Below, piece by piece: positions 8,077 to 16,297 of a stretch of 36,263 bases of DNA. The translations under genes were made by a program, and so were the position numbers. Origin of the DNA: a virus (lineage: Duplodnaviria; Heunggongvirae; Uroviricota; Caudoviricetes); IMG/VR virus record IMGVR_UViG_3300021256_000075, positions 64,001 to 100,263 of that record; one strand, given 5' to 3'. The number at the start of each line of letters is the position of its first letter. Position 1 is the stretch's first letter. The notes under the pieces are model-generated. The model ran no database searches. It saw nothing but the letters and a program-made list of their open reading frames with translations, and was not told the DNA's origin.

Positions 8077-8919
8077 ATGGAATGGTTCAAGATGCGGATG
8101 ATCTGGGGTAAGTCAGTCAAACGCCTTTCCGATGCCGAAGCCGGAAGATTTATTAAAGCCATTTATGAATTCATGGATGACGGCAAAGAATACGATGGAA
8201 GCGGACGAGAAGAGCTGATGATTATTCAAGCCTTGGAAACTCTGCGCCAAGAGCGTGATGAATTCCAGATGGAAGAAGAACTGCAAAAGCAGAAGAAAGA
8301 AAAGCTTTCCGAAACCAGAAGACAAGCCGTGATGAAGCGATGGGAAAAGCAGAAAACCGATACAAATACGGATACAAATACGGATACAAATGTAATACAA
8401 AAAAATACAAAAGATACAAACGATACAAATTGTAACTTTTGTAATACAAACGAAAATTTGTATGATTTTGTAAGACAGAATAAGAATAAGAATAAGAAAG
8501 AGATATATGAAAAAGAAGAAGAAGAAAAACGCGCGCGCGAGGGAACACCTTCATTCGGTTACGGATTGGGAAGCATGCTGAAGGATGAGGACTTGCAGAA
8601 GGGCATTGAGGAGCAACAAGCCGTTGACCGTATAACAGTTACGTGGGAGGACTGCGGATGCAGATTCAACGCCACGGAAGAAAGAGAGATGCATGAGCTT
8701 CTCACAAAATACACAGAAGAACAGATAAAAAAGGCGATTGAAACAGCAAACGGTTGTAACGCTCGGGGAAATTGGGGAATGAACTATGTAAAAGCAATAT
8801 TGGAGGGAAGAAACGCATATGGACGAGGTAGTAGAACTGCTCAAGGCAGGGGATGTGCACCAAGCTATGGCTTTGGCAATGGAGAAAAGCCGGACTGGTA
8901 TCCAGAAGAAATCGGATGA
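8077..8919 (+). CDS. Phage replication initiator (DUF6291-like N-terminus, DnaD-like C-terminus)
   Basis: LSDAEAGRFIKAIYEF N-domain; central low-complexity iteron region; IKKAIETA...NYVKAIL C-terminus. Confidence 0.8.
   Translation: MEWFKMRMIWGKSVKRLSDAEAGRFIKAIYEFMDDGKEYDGSGREELMIIQALETLRQERDEFQMEEELQKQKKEKLSETRRQAVMKRWEKQKTDTNTDTNTDTNVIQKNTKDTNDTNCNFCNTNENLYDFVRQNKNKNKKEIYEKEEEEKRAREGTPSFGYGLGSMLKDEDLQKGIEEQQAVDRITVTWEDCGCRFNATEEREMHELLTKYTEEQIKKAIETANGCNARGNWGMNYVKAILEGRNAYGRGSRTAQGRGCAPSYGFGNGEKPDWYPEEIG
8359..8500 (+). repeat. Iterons / putative replication origin inside the initiator gene
   Basis: Eight ATACAAA copies (GATACAAATACG tandem), an inverted TTTGTAT at about 8457, then AATAAG x3 in an AT-rich tract. 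Confidence 0.7.
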
Positions 8920-9745
8920 TGAGCAGGAAACAGAAGAAGAACGGTTTGCACGCACAAAAGCTATGGCACAGTTCAAAGCTGAAAGGGAAGCACAGAGATA
9001 TAACGAGTTGGAAGAAGTTTCCACTGATGGCATTGAATGCCCGAAATGCAAAAATAAGGGCATGATCTGTGTTATTGATACTGCTTATAACAACATTCCG
9101 AGTACGCGGTATGTTAAATGCAGTTGCTCAGAAGCAAGAATGAATCTGAGGCGCATAAAGGCATCCGGCTTGGAGGATGAATTGAAGCGGTGCACATTTG
9201 AAAATTTCCACACAGAAGAACCGTATCAGAAAATGATGCTAGAAAAGGTGAAAGAGTTTCTGAACGATCAAGAGCCGTCGTGGTTGTTCCTTGGAGGGCA
9301 AGTCGGCGCAGGGAAAACACATCTTTGTACAGCGGTTTGCGGTGTTCTGCTGATGGAAAGGCAGATTCCAGTAAAGTACATGCTTTGGAAGGAAGAAAGC
9401 ACAAGACTGAAAGCTTTGATAAATTCAGAAGATTACGCGGAAGAAGTAAACAAATATAAAACCGTTCCTGTTCTGTATATCGATGACTTCTTCAAAAAAC
9501 AGCGGAGCTTGGATAAGAGTTCAATTCCAACAGAAGCGGATGTAAATCTGGCGTTTGAAATCATCAACGCTAGGTATTTAGATAAATCGAAAATAACAAT
9601 TATCTCATGCGAATGGACACTTGAAGACCTTCTTTCATTTGACGAAGCTACAGCTTCAAGAATTTATGAGAGAGCAAAAAAGCACTGGATATCAATAAAA
9701 AGAGACCCGAAATTTAACTACAGGATAAGGAGAGAACCTGCATGA
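8819..9745 (+). CDS. DnaC/IstB-like helicase loader ATPase
   Basis: CPKC...CSC zinc motif, Walker A GQVGAGKTH, Walker B LYIDDFFK, IINARY. Confidence 0.9.
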   Translation: MDEVVELLKAGDVHQAMALAMEKSRTGIQKKSDDEQETEEERFARTKAMAQFKAEREAQRYNELEEVSTDGIECPKCKNKGMICVIDTAYNNIPSTRYVKCSCSEARMNLRRIKASGLEDELKRCTFENFHTEEPYQKMMLEKVKEFLNDQEPSWLFLGGQVGAGKTHLCTAVCGVLLMERQIPVKYMLWKEESTRLKALINSEDYAEEVNKYKTVPVLYIDDFFKKQRSLDKSSIPTEADVNLAFEIINARYLDKSKITIISCEWTLEDLLSFDEATASRIYERAKKHWISIKRDPKFNYRIRREPA

Positions 9746-10236
9746 ATGTTTTTGAAATTCCCGGCAAGCCGCGTGGAAAACAGCGGACTATCCCCAATCC
9801 AAACGGGGGTAGACCGTTCACGCCGGAGCAAACAATCGAGTATGAGAAACTAGTTCGGTTGATGTTCCGTTCAGCAAATCCGGGAGTAAAGCCCTATGAA
9901 AAAGGCGTTCCTGTTCGGATTACTATCAAAGCGATGTTTAAAACGCCAAAGTCAGCAAGCGAAAGACAAAGAAAGCTGATGGTGGCGGACGAGCTACGGC
10001 CCACAAAAAAGCCGGATGCAGACAATATCGAGAAAATCATCTGGGATGCTCTGAAAGGTGTTGCGTGGGAGGATGATGCGCAAATCGTGGAAAGTCACTG
10101 CGCGAAATACTGGAGCAGTGAAGACTATGTAACGGTGATGATAGACGAGGCGGATATGCACGAAGTAGAGAAAGCACTCGAAGAGTATTACAAGAATCAT
10201 CCAGAGGATGAGGAGGAGGAAAAATATGATTGGTGA
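9742..10236 (+). CDS. rusA: RusA-family Holliday junction resolvase
   Basis: IPGKPRGKQR, KPDADNIEKIIWDALKGVAWEDDAQIV. Confidence 0.92.
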   Translation: MNVFEIPGKPRGKQRTIPNPNGGRPFTPEQTIEYEKLVRLMFRSANPGVKPYEKGVPVRITIKAMFKTPKSASERQRKLMVADELRPTKKPDADNIEKIIWDALKGVAWEDDAQIVESHCAKYWSSEDYVTVMIDEADMHEVEKALEEYYKNHPEDEEEEKYDW

Positions 10237-10399
10237 GTTTATCGAGAGTATCAAAGCACTTTGGGCCTTGAAAGCATTCCGGCCTATTGTGGCACTGGAT
10301 TTGGTGCTGATGGTTTTATTCAGCTTGTATGTACTGCTGATTGGTTACGCTTTCATTGTGGGATATGTGCAGGACTTGAAGACAAAGAAAAACCAGTGA
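10226..10399 (+). CDS. Small membrane protein
   Basis: Hydrophobic stretch IVALDLVLMVLFSLYVLLIGYAFIVGY; strong RBS. Confidence 0.65.
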   Translation: MIGEFIESIKALWALKAFRPIVALDLVLMVLFSLYVLLIGYAFIVGYVQDLKTKKNQ

Positions 10400-10404
10400 G
10401 GAAA

Positions 10405-10842
10405 ATGATGACTGAAGAACAGATGAGGCAAGCAAAGGCAGTCCTTTCCGAGTATAGGACGATACTGATACGGATACAGGCCAAAGAGCGGAGAATAAAA
10501 GAGCTAGATGATATTGCCACTGGCGCGACCTCAAAATTTGAGGCTACCAGAACGTCAGGCACAAGCGCAAAATCGAAGCTTGAATATGCCACAATCAAAA
10601 AAATTGACTTGGTACAGCAAATTGAGGAGTCGCGAAACGATCTGCTAGAAAAGCGGTTACGAATTGAAACCGCAATCGACCAAATAGAAGATCAAGATCA
10701 AGCTATGCTGTTGGAAAGCAGATACATTGACGGATATCGTTGGGAACAGGTAAACGATATCATGCATGTATCCGAAACGACTTCAAGGCGCATCTTCAAA
10801 AACGCGTTAGAAGCCTTCTGGGCGCATTATCAAGCCGTATAG
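10405..10842 (+). CDS. ArpU/RinA-like (sigma-70 region 4 type) transcription regulator
   Basis: AK..LSEYR N-terminus, coiled coil, LLESRYIDGYRWEQV..IMHVSETTSRRIFKNAL C-terminal HTH. Confidence 0.8.
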   Translation: MMTEEQMRQAKAVLSEYRTILIRIQAKERRIKELDDIATGATSKFEATRTSGTSAKSKLEYATIKKIDLVQQIEESRNDLLEKRLRIETAIDQIEDQDQAMLLESRYIDGYRWEQVNDIMHVSETTSRRIFKNALEAFWAHYQAV

Positions 10843-10869
10843 ATAGAATGTAAGGGGAGGAAGAAAAAA

Positions 10870-11352
10870 TTGACTGAGGACGCAAAAGAACGCGAAATTC
10901 CACTACTCCCGTCGAGGAGCTACGATGTTGACACGTTTTTCCGCTTTTCAACGGCGGTAGAGAACCTTTTTGAGTCTGTTGACTACATGGAAAACAGACT
11001 GGAGGCAACGGGGCATCTGGAAGATGTGAAACGGATAGCGGCAGAAACGAAGCAAATTCTCTTGGATATTTCAAAAACGTTTTATCCAGAAAAGCGCGAA
11101 GTACTCGCGAAGATGTCAAAGTCTGCACAGACGCGGATTGTCTTCCGAAAATCGGTAACGCCAGAGCCGGATGCCGTTTGGATTTTCTCGAAGGAGCTTC
11201 AGACACTGATAAGTAAGGCACACGAGGAATGCAAATTGTGCATGCATCCAGAGCGGTGTAAGTCCTGTGATCTAGGAAAGGCTTTTGATAGATGCATATC
11301 AATCGACAGGGAAAAAACCAGTTGGCAGAACATTGATGTAGATGAATTTTAA
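10870..11352 (+). CDS. Hypothetical protein with C-terminal Cys cluster
   Basis: 160-aa ORF with RBS; ECKLC...CKSC motif. Confidence 0.7.
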   Translation: MTEDAKEREIPLLPSRSYDVDTFFRFSTAVENLFESVDYMENRLEATGHLEDVKRIAAETKQILLDISKTFYPEKREVLAKMSKSAQTRIVFRKSVTPEPDAVWIFSKELQTLISKAHEECKLCMHPERCKSCDLGKAFDRCISIDREKTSWQNIDVDEF

Positions 11353-11367
11353 AAAGGGGGAAGAAAC

Positions 11368-11847
11368 TTGAAAACTCGTCTTACTGCAATCACTGTTTTT
11401 ATTGCATTCGTTGCCATTCTGCTTTCTGTTGCAAATTACGCATTGGCGGATACAACATTCGTCTGCGTTGTAAGGCAGGATGAATGGGTGTGGGTGCGTT
11501 CTGCTCCGTCTCCGAATGCGTCCAAAATCGAAAAACTGAGATACGGTTACGAAGTGAACGTAACGGAGATCGTAAATGGTTACGCCCACATTAACTGGGT
11601 CAAGGGCGAAGGATGGGCAGACGCTTCATATCTGGAACTTCCGGCCAAAGAAGAAATATACGTTGTGAACACTGCGGATGGGCCACTTGCAAAACGGGAG
11701 ACTCCAGACGGGCGGCTCATGTGTTGGATAAAAAAAGGCTCTCGAATTTCGGTTTTAGGTTGGCGCTATTCGAAAACTGGCGAACTTTGGGCAAAGGTGT
11801 GGCATGGAGGCTATTGCAAGGCTGAATTTCTGGCAAAGGCGGAGTGA
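11368..11847 (+). CDS. Secreted protein with two bacterial SH3-like domains
   Basis: Signal peptide ending NYALA-D; VRSAPS...GW..ASYL and a second KRETP...GY..AEFL repeat; no catalytic domain seen. Confidence 0.75.
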   Translation: MKTRLTAITVFIAFVAILLSVANYALADTTFVCVVRQDEWVWVRSAPSPNASKIEKLRYGYEVNVTEIVNGYAHINWVKGEGWADASYLELPAKEEIYVVNTADGPLAKRETPDGRLMCWIKKGSRISVLGWRYSKTGELWAKVWHGGYCKAEFLAKAE

Positions 11848-11859
11848 AAGGAGAACAGC

Positions 11860-12021
11860 ATGAAAGTTTACTGCGACAATTGCGAAAAAGAAGTGAATGT
11901 TTCCAAGCGTGATTTCATGGAGCTGATCGAGCCTTTTGATGAATCTTTCAAGGTTTGTACATGCCCAGAATGTGGAGGAACAATCATCATTTCAAAAACA
12001 AACAAAAAGCGTTGTGCATGA
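11860..12021 (+). CDS. Zinc-ribbon microprotein (not in ORF track)
   Basis: MKVYCDNCEKEV...CTCPECGG; AAGGAG RBS. Confidence 0.7.
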   Translation: MKVYCDNCEKEVNVSKRDFMELIEPFDESFKVCTCPECGGTIIISKTNKKRCA

Positions 12022-12033
12022 GGAGAAACAAAG

Positions 12034-12450
12034 ATGGGAATCAGAGTAAAACTGGACAAAGAGGCATTCCTGCCGGAAAGAGCGCATTACGAAGATGCCG
12101 GATGGGACATTAGAACCCCGTATGATTTTGAAATCGAGGCCGGAGGTTCTGCGACAATTGACACTGGCGTGCATGTTGAGATTCCGTATAGCTATGTTGG
12201 CATGCTTAAAAGTAAGTCGGGGCTGAATGTTAAGTGCGGCATTACAAGCGAAGGCGTGATTGACTGCGGATACACTGGAGCAGTGATCGCAAAGCTTTAC
12301 AACCACGGGGATAAAGCAGTTGCGTTCAAACGTGGAGACAAAATTACACAGCTTGTTGTTGTACCGATCAACACGGACTCAATCGAGGAAGTTTCAGAAA
12401 TCAGCGGAGGGAGAAGAGGAAATGCAGGATTCGGGAGCACAGGGAGATAA
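12034..12450 (+). CDS. dut: Trimeric dUTPase 1
   Basis: AGWD, KSGL, GVIDCGYTG, KITQLVV, RGNAGFGSTG motifs. Confidence 0.93.
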   Translation: MGIRVKLDKEAFLPERAHYEDAGWDIRTPYDFEIEAGGSATIDTGVHVEIPYSYVGMLKSKSGLNVKCGITSEGVIDCGYTGAVIAKLYNHGDKAVAFKRGDKITQLVVVPINTDSIEEVSEISGGRRGNAGFGSTGR

Positions 12451-12613
12451 GATTCCAGTTTCATGGATTGTAGAATACATCCGGGAAATTGAGAGGAAAC
12501 GGGATGGATTCCAGTACAATTCCGGGAAGTACTTATATTGGGACGATACTGTAGGACACTTGGCATTAATGTTGGGAACATGGCAGAAAGAACAGATGGA
12601 GGCTAAAAAATGA
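12422..12613 (+). CDS. Hypothetical protein (start uncertain)
   Basis: GAGGA RBS and ATG at 12422 in the 12320-12613 frame; fills the gap to the next gene. Confidence 0.5.
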   Translation: MQDSGAQGDKIPVSWIVEYIREIERKRDGFQYNSGKYLYWDDTVGHLALMLGTWQKEQMEAKK

Positions 12614-12957
12614 ATTCAAACTACATTCTCTTTGATGGTGAACAGTTTCGGAAAGACGTGGCGGACAAATGCATGACACTTTCAGAAGCATCCAGAAGAA
12701 TCGGCAGAAGCGATGGCTTCTTGCAGAAGAAAGTTTCTGCCGGATATATCAGCAGAGCAGATACCAAAGCGATACAGTTTGAGCTTGGTATTACGGTAAA
12801 AGAGATCAAAGCGGAAGATAACACGGCAACGGAAGAAAAACAGGGCATTACTCCGATAGAAAAAGCCGTTGTGCGTGATGAAATAGAAACGGCCTGTAAG
12901 GCACTTGAAAATGCTGTAAGTGAAATATGCACAGCACTGCGGAAAATAAGCTTGTAG
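12610..12957 (+). CDS. Hypothetical protein, possible HTH
   Basis: MTLSEASRRIGRSDGFLQ HTH-like segment; overlapping start/stop. Confidence 0.6.
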   Translation: MNSNYILFDGEQFRKDVADKCMTLSEASRRIGRSDGFLQKKVSAGYISRADTKAIQFELGITVKEIKAEDNTATEEKQGITPIEKAVVRDEIETACKALENAVSEICTALRKISL

Positions 12958-12966
12958 GTGGCAAAA

Positions 12967-13359
12967 ATGGCGAATATGAGCAAGTACAGAGTCGGCGATA
13001 GGTTTGTGGTAAGGCTGAGAGCAAAAACGGAATCGGGAAATTATATTCTCGATTCCGAGCACAAATCATTAAAAGATGATTTTCTGGTTGTTTCCGAAGA
13101 GTATTTGGATAACTGTTATCGTTTTGATATTTACGGAAGCAATAAGCGTGTTAAATCGCCGGAATTGAAAGATTGTCCTTTCTGCGGATGCAAAATGCAG
13201 ATGGTTGAGTGCCAAATGATCGATGGCAGAACACTACGATATGAACCGCGAGGAAGGCACAAACATGGGTGCGCATTGGAGCATGCAACGTATGTTGGAT
13301 GGCCTACAAAGGTTGAGAATTCAGCGAAAAAATGGAACAGGCGCAAGTTATGCGTTTAA
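12967..13359 (+). CDS. Protein with C-terminal Lar (restriction-alleviation)-like Zn domain
   Basis: LKDCPFCG motif and terminal KKWNRR. Confidence 0.6.
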   Translation: MANMSKYRVGDRFVVRLRAKTESGNYILDSEHKSLKDDFLVVSEEYLDNCYRFDIYGSNKRVKSPELKDCPFCGCKMQMVECQMIDGRTLRYEPRGRHKHGCALEHATYVGWPTKVENSAKKWNRRKLCV

Positions 13360-13378
13360 TAAAAAGGGGAAGAAGAAA

Positions 13379-13966
13379 ATGACTGGACTGGAAGTAATGA
13401 GGGCTGAGCTTTTGAAGCGCGGATATAACAAGGCTCAAACTGAATCAAAAGTTGTTATAGGTGTTCTTGAAATTGTTTCTGGAAACAAAGGCTTTTACAC
13501 TGATGAAGAAAAGATTTTGAAATATATTGACGAACTTAAAAAAGACAAGGAAATCGCTTACAACGATTACGAAAAAATACTCAGAAAAAAGAATGCTCTA
13601 GAAACAGAATACGAAGAAATTATGAGCACCATTAAATCAGAAGCGCATAAAAGATACTTTGGAATAAAAGAATACATTGATCAATTTTTAAAGGCACTGG
13701 AAGAATGCGAAACAAAGGATGGAAAAGACGCGCTAAAACTGGCACAGATGTTTGTAAATACGGTGAATGTTGATACAACGTATGATAACTATGCCTTTAT
13801 TAAAGGGTTGGCGGAAATTCTTTCCAGAGGAGGAGGATGCACGTTAGATAAGCTTAATAAGGTCACTGATGATGTGCCGGAACTAGATTTTGAAGCTGAA
13901 CTAGGGATAACGTATGGTTACGGGCAAAAGGAATGGAACGTAAAAGAGAAGAGGAAAAAATTTTGA
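13379..13966 (+). CDS. Hypothetical coiled-coil phage protein
   Basis: RBS GGGGA before ATG 13379 in the 13223-13966 frame. Confidence 0.7.
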   Translation: MTGLEVMRAELLKRGYNKAQTESKVVIGVLEIVSGNKGFYTDEEKILKYIDELKKDKEIAYNDYEKILRKKNALETEYEEIMSTIKSEAHKRYFGIKEYIDQFLKALEECETKDGKDALKLAQMFVNTVNVDTTYDNYAFIKGLAEILSRGGGCTLDKLNKVTDDVPELDFEAELGITYGYGQKEWNVKEKRKKF

Positions 13967-14166
13967 AAAGCAATAAAATAATAGATAAGCTTTTGGAAGT
14001 GCTTGAGAACACGGAAAACGATATGCCATGTGATGAGTTTTTTGATATATGGAAGGAGCAGGAAAAGTGCGCGAATGAATGCAAATTTGATCATCCGACG
14101 AAAGAGTGTTGGCTACGGTGGGCAAAGATGAAGGTAAAAAATGAAAGAGGCAAAAAGGATGGTTAA
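13963..14166 (+). CDS. Cys-rich small protein, paralog 1
   Basis: TTG start after GAGGA; PC...KCA.EC...CWLRW. Confidence 0.65.
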   Translation: MKSNKIIDKLLEVLENTENDMPCDEFFDIWKEQEKCANECKFDHPTKECWLRWAKMKVKNERGKKDG

Positions 14167-14382
14167 ATGAAAACTTCAAAAACAGTTGATCAACTGATTG
14201 AAATGCTTATGAAAACGGAAGGCGACATTCCATGCGGTGACTTTTTACAGTTACCACTGGAAGAACGGAAATGCGCGGAATTGTGTTCTCCAGATGGGCC
14301 GCGAAGGGATTGTTGGCTGAGATGGGTAAAGCTTAAGGGCATAAAGAAAAAGAGGAGTAAGCCGGGAGAGAAGATAAAATGA
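14167..14382 (+). CDS. Cys-rich small protein, paralog 2
   Basis: PC...KCA.LC...CWLRW, same pattern as the upstream gene. Confidence 0.65.
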   Translation: MKTSKTVDQLIEMLMKTEGDIPCGDFLQLPLEERKCAELCSPDGPRRDCWLRWVKLKGIKKKRSKPGEKIK

Positions 14383-14738
14383 AAGAATTTGAGAAAAAGC
14401 CTACTGGTTATTTAACGGAAAATGATAATGTACGCAAGGTAATTTTAGAAAATCCGGATTTGCCACTGATTTTTGTAGCATGGGAGAATGGTTGTTCATG
14501 CATCTGTTGTAGTGTCTCCGCTTATGTCGGCGAAGTTTTGGACTGCGAACAAGAAGTAAAAAATGGATACTTTTTTATAGATAGGGAAGAATTCATGGAC
14601 GCAATTGACGAAAACATTTATGAGCTTACAGGCTACAATGACCGCTCTGAGGAATGGTATGAATCCGAAGTAAAGCGCATAGCGGCAGAGTATGAACCAT
14701 ACTGGAAGAAGGCAATCATCATAACTGTAGGAAATTAA
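14379..14738 (+). CDS. Hypothetical phage protein
   Basis: 119-aa ORF with overlapping start/stop. Confidence 0.65.
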   Translation: MKEFEKKPTGYLTENDNVRKVILENPDLPLIFVAWENGCSCICCSVSAYVGEVLDCEQEVKNGYFFIDREEFMDAIDENIYELTGYNDRSEEWYESEVKRIAAEYEPYWKKAIIITVGN

Positions 14739-14753
14739 AAAACAGGAGTTGAA

Positions 14754-14927
14754 ATGGGAATGAAGATGGTTCGTGTAGAAATGGTTGTGTACTATGAAGC
14801 CCAAGATGCGACAACCGTTGAAGAAGCGAAAAATGTTGTAGTTGATCTGGCTGAAATGAACGGACTGAATATCCAATTCAGCAAAGCTGAGCTTATATGG
14901 GACAAGCCAGACGACGACAGTATGTAA
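14754..14927 (+). CDS. Hypothetical microprotein (not in ORF track)
   Basis: 57-aa ORF after an AGGAG RBS. Confidence 0.55.
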   Translation: MGMKMVRVEMVVYYEAQDATTVEEAKNVVVDLAEMNGLNIQFSKAELIWDKPDDDSM

Positions 14928-14941
14928 GGCGGTGAAATGGA

Positions 14942-15109
14942 ATGATTGTGATAACGACAATTGATGCACTTCCTGATTATTGCTATGAATGCCCGTGTCA
15001 CGATGGCGAAAGTGGTTATTGTCAGGCTGACAAATACCGGAGATATTCTGAGTACAGACCATATTGGTGTCCATTGAAAGAAATTCATGATAATCATGAA
15101 GAACGGTGA
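14942..15109 (+). CDS. Cys-rich microprotein, PxxCxxCP...PxWCPL family (not in ORF track)
   Basis: LPDYCYECPCH...YCQ...RPYWCPL. Confidence 0.65.
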   Translation: MIVITTIDALPDYCYECPCHDGESGYCQADKYRRYSEYRPYWCPLKEIHDNHEER

Positions 15110-15115
15110 AGTAGA

Positions 15116-15190
15116 ATGACAGCTTTAATTCTTTCAATTATTGCAATTATTTTGTCAATTCTTGGAGCTATTATTAACTCAAGGCGGTGA
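15116..15190 (+). CDS. 24-aa single-helix membrane peptide
   Basis: MTALILSIIAIILSILGAIINSRR fills the gap between two genes exactly. Confidence 0.45.
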   Translation: MTALILSIIAIILSILGAIINSRR

Positions 15191-15197
15191 AAATGTA

Positions 15198-15689
15198 GTG
15201 AGCGAAACAATGGAAATAATACGCAAGCCAATTAAAGGCTACGAAGGTTTGTATGAAGTAGACAATCTCGCAAGAGTGTTTTCTGTGGACAGAGTTGTGA
15301 CTGTCAACGATAACGGGCGAATCTATGACAAACCGCTAATGGGCAAGAAAATTAAGCAAGGGATGCACTCAAAAGGTTATAAAGTTGTGACTCTTACAAA
15401 GGACGGGAAAATGAAAACATTCTTTGTTCATCGTATTGTAGCAGAAGCATTTATCCAGAATCCGAATAATCTGCCAATAATAAATCACATTGACGAAGAC
15501 AAGACGAACAACCTACCGGAAAATCTTGAATGGTGCGACAACTATTACAATATGATGTATGGTCATGCAAGACAAAAACAAGCGAAGAAGATTAGAGGAC
15601 GAAAGCATACTGAAGAACATAATAGGCATATTTCCGAAGGGATAAGAAGGCGGTTATGTGCTGACGGAGAAAGGAAAGCGAGCAAATGA
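15198..15689 (+). CDS. NUMOD4-HNH-NUMOD3 homing-type endonuclease
   Basis: KPIKGYEGLYEVDN (NUMOD4), VHRIVAEAF...INHIDEDKTNNLPENLEWC (HNH), GRKHTEEH (NUMOD3). Confidence 0.9.
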   Translation: MSETMEIIRKPIKGYEGLYEVDNLARVFSVDRVVTVNDNGRIYDKPLMGKKIKQGMHSKGYKVVTLTKDGKMKTFFVHRIVAEAFIQNPNNLPIINHIDEDKTNNLPENLEWCDNYYNMMYGHARQKQAKKIRGRKHTEEHNRHISEGIRRRLCADGERKASK

Positions 15690-15949
15690 AGAAGATTGTT
15701 TTTATTATACTAATGGTAATTCTGTTGTTGACGTTGTGTGGTTGTGGCACGGTAAGCAAAATGAATGACATGTCATCTGAGAATAAAGTCGAAAGAACCA
15801 GATTTATGCAAATTGAAGACTATGGGTTTGGGAGCATTGTTGTTGACAGTGAAACAAACGTTGAATACTGGATGTCGAAAGGTACATACAATTGGGGGAC
15901 ATTAACAATGCTCGTTGATAAAAGCGGAAGTCCAAAGGTAAGGAAATAG
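15686..15949 (+). CDS. Phage lipoprotein (DUF6440-like)
   Basis: Lipobox LCGC after a hydrophobic leader; IVVDSETNVEY...TMLVDKSGSP. Confidence 0.7.
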   Translation: MKKIVFIILMVILLLTLCGCGTVSKMNDMSSENKVERTRFMQIEDYGFGSIVVDSETNVEYWMSKGTYNWGTLTMLVDKSGSPKVRK

Positions 15950-15982
15950 AAGTATTGAGAATGGAAAAGGCGGTGAAGTGGA

Positions 15983-16297
15983 ATGATTAACAGAGATAAA
16001 GTAATCAATGGGTTGCAATGCATTATTGATGGGACTGTACGATGTGAAAGTTGTGGATATTCAATAGACAAGCACGGACATCATTCGTGCCAACAGAATT
16101 GTGCATCAGATGCCATTGCTATATTGAAAGAGCAGGAAGCGGTTAAGCCAAAACTTGTCGGTCCGAGTATGTGGAGATGTGGTAATTGTGATGCGTTACT
16201 CGGATGGGAAGATTTTACACCGTCAGGAGTGGAATTGGTAGAATACAAGTTCTGCCCGGAGTGCGGACATGAGGTTAAATGGGATGATTGCAGATGA
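15983..16297 (+). CDS. Cys-rich protein with C-terminal zinc ribbon
   Basis: CESC...SDAIAILKEQE...CGNC...FCPECG..VKW. Confidence 0.7.
   Translation: MINRDKVINGLQCIIDGTVRCESCGYSIDKHGHHSCQQNCASDAIAILKEQEAVKPKLVGPSMWRCGNCDALLGWEDFTPSGVELVEYKFCPECGHEVKWDDCR

Noticed and set aside
14496-15137. 213-aa minus-strand ORF
   Set aside because: Antisense shadow of several plus-strand genes that have RBSs; no recognisable motif
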